DNA of 64,000 nt from a virus (taxonomy: Duplodnaviria > Caudoviricetes): IMG/VR virus record IMGVR_UViG_3300001528_000208, positions 40,806-104,805 of that record. One strand, written 5' to 3'. The notes beneath the pieces were generated by a model that was not told the origin of the DNA, searched no databases, and was given only the letters and a program-made list of their open reading frames with translations. A program made the translations under genes and the position numbers. Positions 9,176-17,807 of this stretch are shown piece by piece; within the stretch, counting starts at the first letter, position 1; the number at the start of each line of letters is the position of its first letter.

Positions 9176-10207
9176 GTGATTTTTAACAGATATGCACGTG
9201 GCGGTGGTGGCGGTGGACTTGGCGCGTTGATTTACGTGACGGTCGAAGCTGGCAGTACCGTAACGGCAACCATGGGAACAATGACACGCAACGCCGTGTA
9301 TAGTCAAGGTGTTTATGTGATTGATATTCCCGCATTTGGCGATTGGGTTGTAACGGCAACAAAGGGCGCGAATACGGCAACGGCGACCGTTTCGGTGACG
9401 AAGGCGGGGATGTATGAAATCACGTTAAAGTATATTAGTGCGACGCTAAACGACAATGATTGGGCAACGATTTGCGATATTGCAGACGCAAATGAAGGCT
9501 CCAATTATTGGTCTATCGGAGACACGAAGCAAATCGTAATTAACGGTAAACTTTCCGACGGATTGACCCTATCAAACTATTCTACATGGGTTTACATTAT
9601 AGGCTTTGACCACAATTCGTCCGTTGAAGGCACGGGCATTGCGTTTCAGGGCTTCAAGACTGCGCAAACGGGCGGCATTGATGTGGCGTTGGTTGATAGT
9701 GGGATTGACTCTGCTAAAACCAGTGGTCAGTGGTTCAATATGAATAACGCATCCACGATAAGCACCGGTGGTTGGAAAGATAGTTTGATGAGAACTGTAA
9801 CGATTCCAGTTGTAAAGTCTGCTTTCCCGAATGACTTGATATCCGTTATTAAAAAGACTAATATTTACAGTGATAACACCGGTGGTGCAAGTGAAGCTGC
9901 ATCATATGTCACTGCTACGCAAGACGACCTATATCTTCTTGCTGAGTACGAAGCGTTTGGTACAAGAACTTATGCTAATACTGCCGAACAGAATTATCAG
10001 CAGCAATACGCCTACTACTCGTCTGGTAATAGTAGAATTAAATATCGCCACAATTCTACTGCAACTGGCGTGGTTTGGTGGGAACGTTCCGTTCGTGCAG
10101 CATATTCTGGATATTTCTGTAGTGTGGGGACTGCTGGAGATCCTTTTATTGGACAGGCGAGTACCGACCGTGGTCTTGCCCCGGCATTTAAAGTTGGGGG
10201 GGGGTAA
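9176..10207 (+). CDS. DUF6273-like C-type-lectin-fold receptor-binding protein, probable DGR target
   Basis: LNDNDWATI...WSIGDTK, IIGFDHN, GGWKDSLMR, LLAEYE, terminal WWERS...FCSV...GLAPAF variable-region-like segment. Confidence 0.8.
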   Translation: MIFNRYARGGGGGGLGALIYVTVEAGSTVTATMGTMTRNAVYSQGVYVIDIPAFGDWVVTATKGANTATATVSVTKAGMYEITLKYISATLNDNDWATICDIADANEGSNYWSIGDTKQIVINGKLSDGLTLSNYSTWVYIIGFDHNSSVEGTGIAFQGFKTAQTGGIDVALVDSGIDSAKTSGQWFNMNNASTISTGGWKDSLMRTVTIPVVKSAFPNDLISVIKKTNIYSDNTGGASEAASYVTATQDDLYLLAEYEAFGTRTYANTAEQNYQQQYAYYSSGNSRIKYRHNSTATGVVWWERSVRAAYSGYFCSVGTAGDPFIGQASTDRGLAPAFKVGGG

Positions 10208-10899
10208 CAACTAACCCTATTTCTGACCTGTCTGTTGGTGATTCGGTTTATATAAAGGAAGACGGAACCGATGTTGAATATCTGATTGTCCATAGGGGTA
10301 ATCCAGATTCTTCTGTGTATGATTCGTCTTGCGATGGAACGTGGTTGTTACGCAAGACAGTATTCCCGAATGTCGCTTGGAACGCTACAGCTTCGTCCAA
10401 CTGGACCACGTGCGACGTTATGAAGTGGTTGCGTGACACGTATCCATCTACTACCAATGTTTCGTCTATAATGAACACAGCAAAGGTACCATATATTGGA
10501 ACACAGATGAACCAGATTATTTCTGGGGCAAATGGAAACGCTGCCAAATGTTTCCTTCTTAGTAATGCTGAAGCTGGATTCCTGACCGACACAAACGCAA
10601 CGAAATCTTTGAATGTGTGTGGCGCCAAGCTTGATTATTTTGATGAAACATCAACCACTGTGGCATCCAGTAAGCGCATTGCCTATAGTTACACTAATGC
10701 ATCTACTGCTGTATCTTGGTGGTTGCGTACTCAGCCGCTGTCAAATCAAAGCAACGCAGAGTTTTGTGGCCTATATGGTGGCCATGGTCACGGCAGCGTG
10801 ACGTATACGTCTGCGATGGGACAGGTATTTGGCGTTCGTCCGTGCTTCATTGTTCCGAATGATACGCTAATCGACAGTAATCACAATATCGTCGTATAA
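10204..10899 (+). CDS. Second DUF6273-like domain with no canonical start before GTG 10315; in -1 frame relative to upstream gene across G9 tract
   Basis: Frame reads VTTNPISDLSVGDSVYIKEDGTDVEYLIVHRGNPDSSVYDSSCDGTWLLRK...WWLRT...GVRPCF; in-frame stop at 10189. Confidence 0.7.
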   Translation, partial: VTTNPISDLSVGDSVYIKEDGTDVEYLIVHRGNPDSSVYDSSCDGTWLLRKTVFPNVAWNATASSNWTTCDVMKWLRDTYPSTTNVSSIMNTAKVPYIGTQMNQIISGANGNAAKCFLLSNAEAGFLTDTNATKSLNVCGAKLDYFDETSTTVASSKRIAYSYTNASTAVSWWLRTQPLSNQSNAEFCGLYGGHGHGSVTYTSAMGQVFGVRPCFIVPNDTLIDSNHNIVV

Positions 10900-10995
10900 A
10901 GAATAACTTGACAAAAATCAAACCGTGCGCTATAATTAGGATAATCAAGGGCGGACAATCTTCGCCCTTGACGATTCTAATATGCGGAGGCAATC

Positions 10996-11346
10996 ATGCT
11001 AACGGTAACACTGCGAAACACATTTACAAAATTTGACGAAACGCGAATCGTGGCATCGTTTGAAGATGCGCGCGAATTCGTGTCGGACAAACTGCGCGAA
11101 ATGTTCAAGGCGACAACCGACGAACAGCAGCGCGAATATTGTCAGGACGTAATCGAACGCTTACACAAGGGCGTGCCGTCTTATGGGCGCGGCGTGGAAG
11201 ATTCGATTGCGTATGACATCGTTGACTATATGGATTGGAAGGAACATCAAGACAAGCAGGTCAACGGGCTGATTGAAACTATTCAGGAACTTACGCGGGA
11301 AATCGAAGAAAAGCGTAAGGAACTTGATGCTATACGGGGAACTTAA
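10996..11346 (+). CDS. Hypothetical protein (C-terminal coiled coil)
   Basis: GGAGG RBS; promoter at 10908. Confidence 0.7.
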   Translation: MLTVTLRNTFTKFDETRIVASFEDAREFVSDKLREMFKATTDEQQREYCQDVIERLHKGVPSYGRGVEDSIAYDIVDYMDWKEHQDKQVNGLIETIQELTREIEEKRKELDAIRGT

Positions 11347-11459
11347 CGGTTCCCCGTTTTTAGCGAAAACCTGTGTTTACAATTTGTTTACACTTAAACC
11401 CCTTGACAAAATATTGTTTGTGTGCTATAATGCAGATAATGTTGAAAGGAGGTGAATAA

Positions 11460-12551
11460 ATGGTAAACAGGTTTAAGACGGAGATTTTTCCAGACGAAAA
11501 TCAGCACAAGTTATTCCTTTATTTTTGTAACGAATATAGGGAAATGTGGAACTATACGGTTGAAAAATTTCGGGACAATTATCCTATTGTTTACAAGAAT
11601 GGAATTAAAGGATTCAAACCGTCTGATTTATTCAAGGAATCTAAGAACAAATGTTTGCAAAGAATAGCGGTTGGTGTTATAAAGAATTATGCCTTTGCAG
11701 TCAAAATGTTCAAGCTTGGTATTTGTAATAAGCCAAGATTTCATAAATATAACCCAAACAAACAATCATTCTATCTTGCGTGTCATAAGTTTGAAATAAC
11801 AAGACTTAGTGAAGATGAAGTGATTATTGGTAAAAATGGCGTTTTTCGATGGATTCGCCTTGACGTAGAAGTTATAAACAAATACGATATCAAAGAAATA
11901 CGTGAACCAGTGTTTTCTTATGAAAATGGCAGGTGGTATATCAGTGGTGCGTATAGGGTTGAAGCTGCACCGCGTCAAGGTCGCACAGAATTCATTGGTC
12001 TTGATTGGGGAATTAAGAATTTCATGACAACATCAGATGGTCAATTTATAAATTACCCGAAGTCTATAAAAAGGGAATATCAACGTGTCAAAGTTTTGCT
12101 TAAACATCTTAACAAAAAGCAAAAAGGTTCTCGAAATTATATTAAGATGATAAGAAAGTGCCATAAAGCGATTCGAAGAATTGAACATTTGAAGCACAAT
12201 TTTATAGAACAAGAAACGACAAGATTGTGTAGGCAAAACAATATTGCTGTTGAAAAATTTCCACCAACCACTTATAAAAGATTTAAATACGTTGAACGTG
12301 TTGCACCACGCGGAAGATTTGTTGTAAGACTTGCGCGAAAATGCGAAAAGTTTGGCACCGAGTTTATGGCTGTTCCGCCGCAATATACAAGCAGGATTTG
12401 TAGTTGCTGTGGTTTTCAAAAGAAAAGCCTTAAATTATCTGAACGTGTTTATAAGTGTGAAAACTGCGGAGTTGAAATTGACCGTGATGTAAATGCGGCG
12501 CGAAATATCGCCGCAATGGGTGTTCGCAGCATCCACAAGCCTATAGAATAG
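11460..12551 (+). CDS. tnpB: TnpB-family RNA-guided nuclease (divergent, no TnpA)
   Basis: RuvC-I GLDWG, RuvC-II IAVEK, Zn finger CSCCG...CENCG, RuvC-III DRDVNAARN; own promoter at 11403. Confidence 0.88.
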   Translation: MVNRFKTEIFPDENQHKLFLYFCNEYREMWNYTVEKFRDNYPIVYKNGIKGFKPSDLFKESKNKCLQRIAVGVIKNYAFAVKMFKLGICNKPRFHKYNPNKQSFYLACHKFEITRLSEDEVIIGKNGVFRWIRLDVEVINKYDIKEIREPVFSYENGRWYISGAYRVEAAPRQGRTEFIGLDWGIKNFMTTSDGQFINYPKSIKREYQRVKVLLKHLNKKQKGSRNYIKMIRKCHKAIRRIEHLKHNFIEQETTRLCRQNNIAVEKFPPTTYKRFKYVERVAPRGRFVVRLARKCEKFGTEFMAVPPQYTSRICSCCGFQKKSLKLSERVYKCENCGVEIDRDVNAARNIAAMGVRSIHKPIE

Positions 12552-12598
12552 GCGGCGAAAGCAATGCGAATAATTTCGATCAAAACAAATTTGTTTAT

Positions 12599-12627
12599 AA
12601 GGGTGTACATTTATCGTGTACACCCTT
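12599..12627 (+). terminator. Intrinsic terminator
   Basis: aagggtgtaca/tgtacaccctt then T-run. Confidence 0.75.
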
Positions 12628-12657
12628 TATTTTTTCACTAAAAGGAGGAAATAAAAA

Positions 12658-12891
12658 ATGTATGATGTAACTGTGTATGGGCGCGATGGGTGCCCACGAT
12701 GTTATTTCATCGCAACAAAGGTTAAACAACTAAAAAATGTGCATTTAACCGAAATCCATGACGATAACATCCTGAAAGAAATGTCTATTAAATATGGTAC
12801 AGATGAACTGCCGATGTCTGTGGTCGATGGGGAATTCTACGATTTTTTAAGGATGCGCGCATGGATTGATGATAGGAAGCGGGAGGAATAA
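12658..12891 (+). CDS. Glutaredoxin/NrdH-like redoxin
   Basis: VYGRDGCPRC, ELPMSVVDGE; upstream of nrdD. Confidence 0.75.
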   Translation: MYDVTVYGRDGCPRCYFIATKVKQLKNVHLTEIHDDNILKEMSIKYGTDELPMSVVDGEFYDFLRMRAWIDDRKREE

Positions 12892-12893
12892 TC

Positions 12894-15221
12894 TTGAATA
12901 TTAGCATCAATCTGGACAAAGATTTTAGCGAAAAATTTAATGAACTGCGTGAAAAATATGGCGATGAAATTGCAAAGCTGAATGGATTTTCCGACGAACA
13001 GCTTAGTTATACAGACTTCATTGATAACTTTGTTGATAAAAATACGGTGGCAGACGCCAGTATTGACGGCAATGCCAATGTTGGTGCAAAAGATATTTGT
13101 TCGCTTGATAGCGAAATGAATAAGCCACATAGCAAGTTGCTGTCCTTCAACAAGGTCTATTACGAAATGAAGAAAAAGTATGGCAAGGATATTGCTGATA
13201 GATGGTTAGAATACGAGTGGATCGGAAAATTTTACGCTCACGATTCCCCAAGTTTGTCGCAGAAAAGTTATTGTTTTGCGTATGACCTTGAAGGTTTGGT
13301 AAGTAAGGGGCTATATTTTGTTCCTAATTTCAATGGTCAGCCGCCTAAGCATCTTGTAACATACACTGATTTCGTTGGTGAATTTGTTTCTTATGCAAGC
13401 AATCGTTCTTCTGGCGCTTGTGGACTTCCCAGCTTCCTTGTATATTCGTTCTACTTCTGGAAGAAAGACGTAAAAGATGGCTACTATACTGGTACGCCTG
13501 AAAGATATCGCGACCAAGAGTTCCAAAGAATCACCTATAAGCTGAACCAGCCGTATTTGCGTGTTAATCAAAGCGCGTTTACAAACTTTTCTATTTTTGA
13601 TAGACCGTATTTCGAATCGCTTTTTGGATACAAAACATTTCCTGATGGTGAATTCATGATTGACTATATTGATGAATTTATGGAATATCAGAAGGCATTT
13701 ATGGAAGTTGTGTCAAAAATTCGCGAACAGAATATGATGACTTTCCCGGTGCTTTCATTTTGTCTTCTTCGTAAGAATGGAAAGTTTGTAGACGAAGATT
13801 TTGCGCGCTGGTGCTGTAAACACAACATGAAGTGGGCGGATTCCAACTTTTTCGTAAGCGAAGATGTCACATCCCTTTCAAACTGTTGTTTTAGCGGCAA
13901 CACAATGTTTATGACGACTGATGGCATCAGAAGATTTGATTCTTTTAAAGACGGCGATTCCATTGTCGTTCCGTGCATCAATGGTTCCAACAATAATGCA
14001 GTTGTCCATACTTATGGCGAACAAAGACTATTCCGCATCAAACTTTGCCGTAATGGAAAGCATAGAGATGTATTGACCACCAGAAATCACAGGTGGATTC
14101 TTGACGGAAATACGGAAACAAACTATCTTTCTGTTGGCGATGTGTTAGTTAAATCTGCGCATGATACAGATGATGGGAATTGGTCTGTTGTTGATATTGA
14201 AGATACTGGAATTGTAGAAACTGTTTGGTGTCTTGATGTCGAAAATGAACACAATTTCATTCTTGCGGACAACATTCCTTGTGGGAACTGCCGTCTTGTT
14301 TCTGATGTAAAGAATTTGGGCTATTTCAATTCTATTGGCGGGACCGCGCTTGAAGTCGGTTCTGTCAAGGTAAACACCATCAATCTTGCAAGAATCGCCT
14401 ATGAAACGAAATCTAAAGAAGATTATCTAAAGCAGCTTTCTGATGAAGTTGTTCTTTGCTTGCAGATGCTTGATGTGGTGCGCCACATTATCACGCGCAA
14501 TATCGAAAAAGGACTTCTGCCGAATTATTCTTATGGTCTTATGCACATGAAGTCTCAGTACAATACCATCGGCATCGTCGCCCTTTATGAAACCTTACAG
14601 GAGTTTGGTATGACGCACAAGGATAAACTTGGCTATGCGCATTACACCGACGAAGGTATCGAATTTGCAAAAGATATTCTTCATACCATTAACAAGGTAA
14701 AAGATGAATTTGTTGCCGACAAGGATTATTCTGCGAATCTGGAGCAGATTCCCGCCGAACGGGCGGCAAGCATTCTGATGCAGAAAGATATGGTTTTCTT
14801 CCCTGATGAAGCATACGACCTTCCGCTATATGGCAACCAGTGGATTCCGCTTGGTGTAAAGACCACGCTTGAAGAAAAGTGCAAGCTTAGTGCGATTCTT
14901 GATAAGGCGTGTAACGGTGGCAGTATTGCGCACATCAACATTGATGCACCGTTCAATAACTTTGACACGGCGTGGAATATGCTGAACTATGTCGCCGACA
15001 GTGGCGTCCCTTATTTCGCGTTCTGCACCAGAATTTCTGCCTGTGAAGAAAATCACGGATTCTATGGCGACAAGTGTCCTATTTGTGGCAAGCCGAAGGT
15101 TACGACTTATCAGCGCGTGGTTGGTTTCTTAACACCTGAAAAGACATATTCTAAGGAACGCAAGGCTGAATTTAAGATGCGCGACTGGTTTGACCTGAAC
15201 GCAATCTGTGATACATTATGA
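12894..15221 (+). CDS. nrdD: Anaerobic ribonucleoside-triphosphate reductase with mini-intein
   Basis: SNC/CRL active-site loop, GSVKVNTINL, IPAE, C-terminal Zn site CEENH...CPICG and glycyl radical motif RVVGFL. Confidence 0.93.
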   Translation: MNISINLDKDFSEKFNELREKYGDEIAKLNGFSDEQLSYTDFIDNFVDKNTVADASIDGNANVGAKDICSLDSEMNKPHSKLLSFNKVYYEMKKKYGKDIADRWLEYEWIGKFYAHDSPSLSQKSYCFAYDLEGLVSKGLYFVPNFNGQPPKHLVTYTDFVGEFVSYASNRSSGACGLPSFLVYSFYFWKKDVKDGYYTGTPERYRDQEFQRITYKLNQPYLRVNQSAFTNFSIFDRPYFESLFGYKTFPDGEFMIDYIDEFMEYQKAFMEVVSKIREQNMMTFPVLSFCLLRKNGKFVDEDFARWCCKHNMKWADSNFFVSEDVTSLSNCCFSGNTMFMTTDGIRRFDSFKDGDSIVVPCINGSNNNAVVHTYGEQRLFRIKLCRNGKHRDVLTTRNHRWILDGNTETNYLSVGDVLVKSAHDTDDGNWSVVDIEDTGIVETVWCLDVENEHNFILADNIPCGNCRLVSDVKNLGYFNSIGGTALEVGSVKVNTINLARIAYETKSKEDYLKQLSDEVVLCLQMLDVVRHIITRNIEKGLLPNYSYGLMHMKSQYNTIGIVALYETLQEFGMTHKDKLGYAHYTDEGIEFAKDILHTINKVKDEFVADKDYSANLEQIPAERAASILMQKDMVFFPDEAYDLPLYGNQWIPLGVKTTLEEKCKLSAILDKACNGGSIAHINIDAPFNNFDTAWNMLNYVADSGVPYFAFCTRISACEENHGFYGDKCPICGKPKVTTYQRVVGFLTPEKTYSKERKAEFKMRDWFDLNAICDTL
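13887..14288 (+). mobile_element. Mini-intein (134 aa) in NrdD
   Basis: Begins CFSGNT, block B TRNHRW, ends VWCLDVENEHNFILADNIPCGN followed by extein Cys; splits the CCRL motif. Confidence 0.88.
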
Positions 15222-15700
15222 AAGTAAAACAGGTTGTTATTGAAGATTTCGTAAATTATAAATATCCATCGTTGTTTATAGGAATTAGCACCTGCGATTT
15301 TAAGTGTTGCCGCGAAGGTGGCTTTGATAAATCTGTTTGTCAGAATAGCAAACTTGCCTTGGCGAAACCGATAGAACTAAGCAAAGATGAAATATTTGGC
15401 GCATTCGATGGTAACGGCATCACAGAATCTATTGTTGTTGGCGGGATGGAACCGATGCTTCAATTTGATGACGTTCTATCGCTGTTGAAATATTTCCGCG
15501 AACACGATCGTGATGCTGACTTCGTAATCTACACCGGCTATTATCGCTACGAAATCGAAGATAAAATTCAGAAGCTTGCAAAATATAAAAACGTGGTTGT
15601 CAAATTTGGACGCTATATTCCAAACCAAGAAAAACACTATGATAAAGTGCTTGGCGTGTGGCTGGCGTCCGACAATCAGTACGCCGAAAGGATAAGTTGA
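15218..15700 (+). CDS. nrdG: Anaerobic RNR activating radical-SAM enzyme
   Basis: CDFKC...CQN cluster motif, GGMEP, YTGY, LASDNQ. Confidence 0.9.
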   Translation: MKVKQVVIEDFVNYKYPSLFIGISTCDFKCCREGGFDKSVCQNSKLALAKPIELSKDEIFGAFDGNGITESIVVGGMEPMLQFDDVLSLLKYFREHDRDADFVIYTGYYRYEIEDKIQKLAKYKNVVVKFGRYIPNQEKHYDKVLGVWLASDNQYAERIS

Positions 15701-15879
15701 TGTTAAAAGTAAGGGTGAATCCCGACAAGGAAATTGTCAAAATGGTCACGGACTATCTTCGTGAACACGATGGCGAGTGTCCTTGTCAAATCGGACAAAA
15801 ATGTCAATGTAGTAAGTTTAAGCAGATGAATAGCGTTGGGCAATGTCATTGTATGCTATTCGAAAAATATGAAGGGTGA
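15700..15879 (+). CDS. Ferredoxin-thioredoxin reductase catalytic-subunit-like small protein
   Basis: NPD...CPC...CQC...CHCMLF Cys pattern. Confidence 0.6.
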   Translation: MLKVRVNPDKEIVKMVTDYLREHDGECPCQIGQKCQCSKFKQMNSVGQCHCMLFEKYEG

Positions 15880-16050
15880 AAATGAACAAAACATATTGCG
15901 ATATCTGTGGCAAAGAAATTGTCACGTTGCCAAACGTAACAGAAATGCGGTTTAGACAGGGTTCCAGCGCTTCTTACGAGTGTTGCGATAAGTGTTTTGA
16001 ACTTCTGTTTCGTATGGTTGAAACAATAAAAGACTTTAAGGAGAAATAAG

Positions 16051-16530
16051 ATGAAATTTGAACGTGTTTCTGCCGCCCAGTTTGCGGCTGATTGCGATGC
16101 TGCTGGCTTCGCTGTTGAATATGCCAACGTGGTGATGCCGCGTCGTGCAACAAAGGGTAGCGCGGGCTACGACATTTGCATCCCGTTTGATGTGGTTCTG
16201 GCGCCGCACACAAGTGCCAAGATTCCAACCGGTATCAGGTGTACCGGTATGCCAAGAAACGTCGTAATGACCATTTATATTCGTTCCAGCGTGGGTATTA
16301 AGCGCGGTGTGCGTTTTATGAACCTGCTTCCCGTTGTGGACAGTGACTACGCAGACAGTCCTAACGAAGGGCACATCTGGCTGGCGCTTTATAACGACAG
16401 CGATAAGGACGTCGAATTCGATGCTGGCGAACGAATTGCACAGGCGGTATTCACGCAGTATATTATCTGTGACGATGATGATGCTGTTGGCAAGCGCGAA
16501 GGCGGCATTGGTTCTACTGGAAGGGCTTGA
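16051..16530 (+). CDS. dut: Trimeric dUTPase
   Basis: SAGYD, RSSVG, VDSDY, ERIAQ, REGGIGSTG. Confidence 0.93.
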   Translation: MKFERVSAAQFAADCDAAGFAVEYANVVMPRRATKGSAGYDICIPFDVVLAPHTSAKIPTGIRCTGMPRNVVMTIYIRSSVGIKRGVRFMNLLPVVDSDYADSPNEGHIWLALYNDSDKDVEFDAGERIAQAVFTQYIICDDDDAVGKREGGIGSTGRA

Positions 16531-16576
16531 CAAGACCAAAACAATGTGTTATAATACAATATAGGAGGAAAGGTTA

Positions 16577-16777
16577 ATGACCGAACAGGAAATGCAAAAC
16601 AACAAGGTGGCAAATCGTACAAACGAACTTGAATATACATTTATTTGTAAGGATTGCGGTAAACCTACAACGATTAAGTTAGCCGAGGTGACCTACTGTC
16701 ATGACAACGGATTGCGTGTGACTGAACGTTGCAAGGAATGTCGCGATGCGAAAAATAGGCGATTTGCACAAATCTAA
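16577..16777 (+). CDS. Zinc-ribbon protein
   Basis: CKDCG...RCKECR. Confidence 0.7.
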   Translation: MTEQEMQNNKVANRTNELEYTFICKDCGKPTTIKLAEVTYCHDNGLRVTERCKECRDAKNRRFAQI

Positions 16778-16797
16778 AAAAAAGGAAAGAAAAATCT

Positions 16798-17370
16798 ATG
16801 GTAGTTGATAAAATTCCAGCAGAAGTAGTAAAAGACCTGATTCCACTGGTGAACAGCCTTGGCAATCTACCCAAGACTGCGACGGTAAAGTATGGCGCGA
16901 CCAACTTTTCTTACGTTCCGTTGGACGACATCATGGCAAAGATTAAGGCCGATGGCAACTTCGCATTTATGCAACCGATGGGCGTTTCCGAAGATGGGCG
17001 TACCTGTCTACAGTGCGTGCTTTATCACAAGTCTGGATTCCCGATTTCTTCTGATGCTTTTCCGCTTCCGATTAAGGACGGAATGAAGGCGCAAGACGTC
17101 GGCGCGGTTCTGACGTATTATCGTCGTTATAGCGCGTCGGCTTTCTTTGGCATTGCATCTGACGAAGACAACGATGGGCAGGCGCCTGAAATTGCATCGC
17201 CGAAGGAAAAGTGCGAAGACTGCGGTAAGGATATCGTCGGTTCGCATGGTTTGTCGCCCGAGAAGATTGTTGCTGGTAGTATGCGTGCTTATCACAAAAA
17301 GCTGTGTTTCGATTGTTCGATGAAGGCTAAGGCGGCAAAGGAAGCAGAAAAGAAAGAAGAGGTAAAGTAA
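16798..17370 (+). CDS. ERF-family single-strand annealing protein with C-terminal Zn finger
   Basis: YVPLDDI, QDVGAVLTYYRRYS..FFGIASDEDNDG. Confidence 0.85.
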   Translation: MVVDKIPAEVVKDLIPLVNSLGNLPKTATVKYGATNFSYVPLDDIMAKIKADGNFAFMQPMGVSEDGRTCLQCVLYHKSGFPISSDAFPLPIKDGMKAQDVGAVLTYYRRYSASAFFGIASDEDNDGQAPEIASPKEKCEDCGKDIVGSHGLSPEKIVAGSMRAYHKKLCFDCSMKAKAAKEAEKKEEVK

Positions 17371-17751
17371 ATGGCAATTTTTGCAACAAGTGATAGTTTT
17401 TGGACGTACTGGCGTACCACCGACCAGCAACAGAAGTACGCGACCTGCGTTTTTTCCACAAGCCGTAAGGATAAGCAGAATGGCGAATGGAAAAATTCGA
17501 ATTGGTCGTTCGTTAGGGTGGTTGGAAACGGTTTTGCAAAGCTTGCAGACCTGAACGAAAAAGATAAGATTACTAATGTTCGCTTTAGTCTTGAATGTGA
17601 ACCTTATACGGACAAAACTGGGCAGCGTGTGTTTCCTAAGTCGCCTCGGATGGTAATTTTTGATTTCGACTTCGCAGAAGTTGGTCGAAAGCCTGTTGGC
17701 CCTGCACCCGTTGACGAATACGACCCGGATGGTTCAGAACTTCCGTTCTAA
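17371..17751 (+). CDS. ssb: Single-stranded DNA-binding protein
   Basis: OB-like body, acidic tail ending ELPF; follows ERF. Confidence 0.75.
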   Translation: MAIFATSDSFWTYWRTTDQQQKYATCVFSTSRKDKQNGEWKNSNWSFVRVVGNGFAKLADLNEKDKITNVRFSLECEPYTDKTGQRVFPKSPRMVIFDFDFAEVGRKPVGPAPVDEYDPDGSELPF

Positions 17752-17758
17752 ATAACCT

Positions 17759-17793
17759 AATAGGAGTACGATTTAATTAGTCGTACTCCTATT
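17759..17793 (+). terminator. Intrinsic terminator
   Basis: aataggagtacga/tcgtactcctatt then T-run. Confidence 0.8.
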
Positions 17794-17807
17794 TTTTACC
17801 GAAAGGG

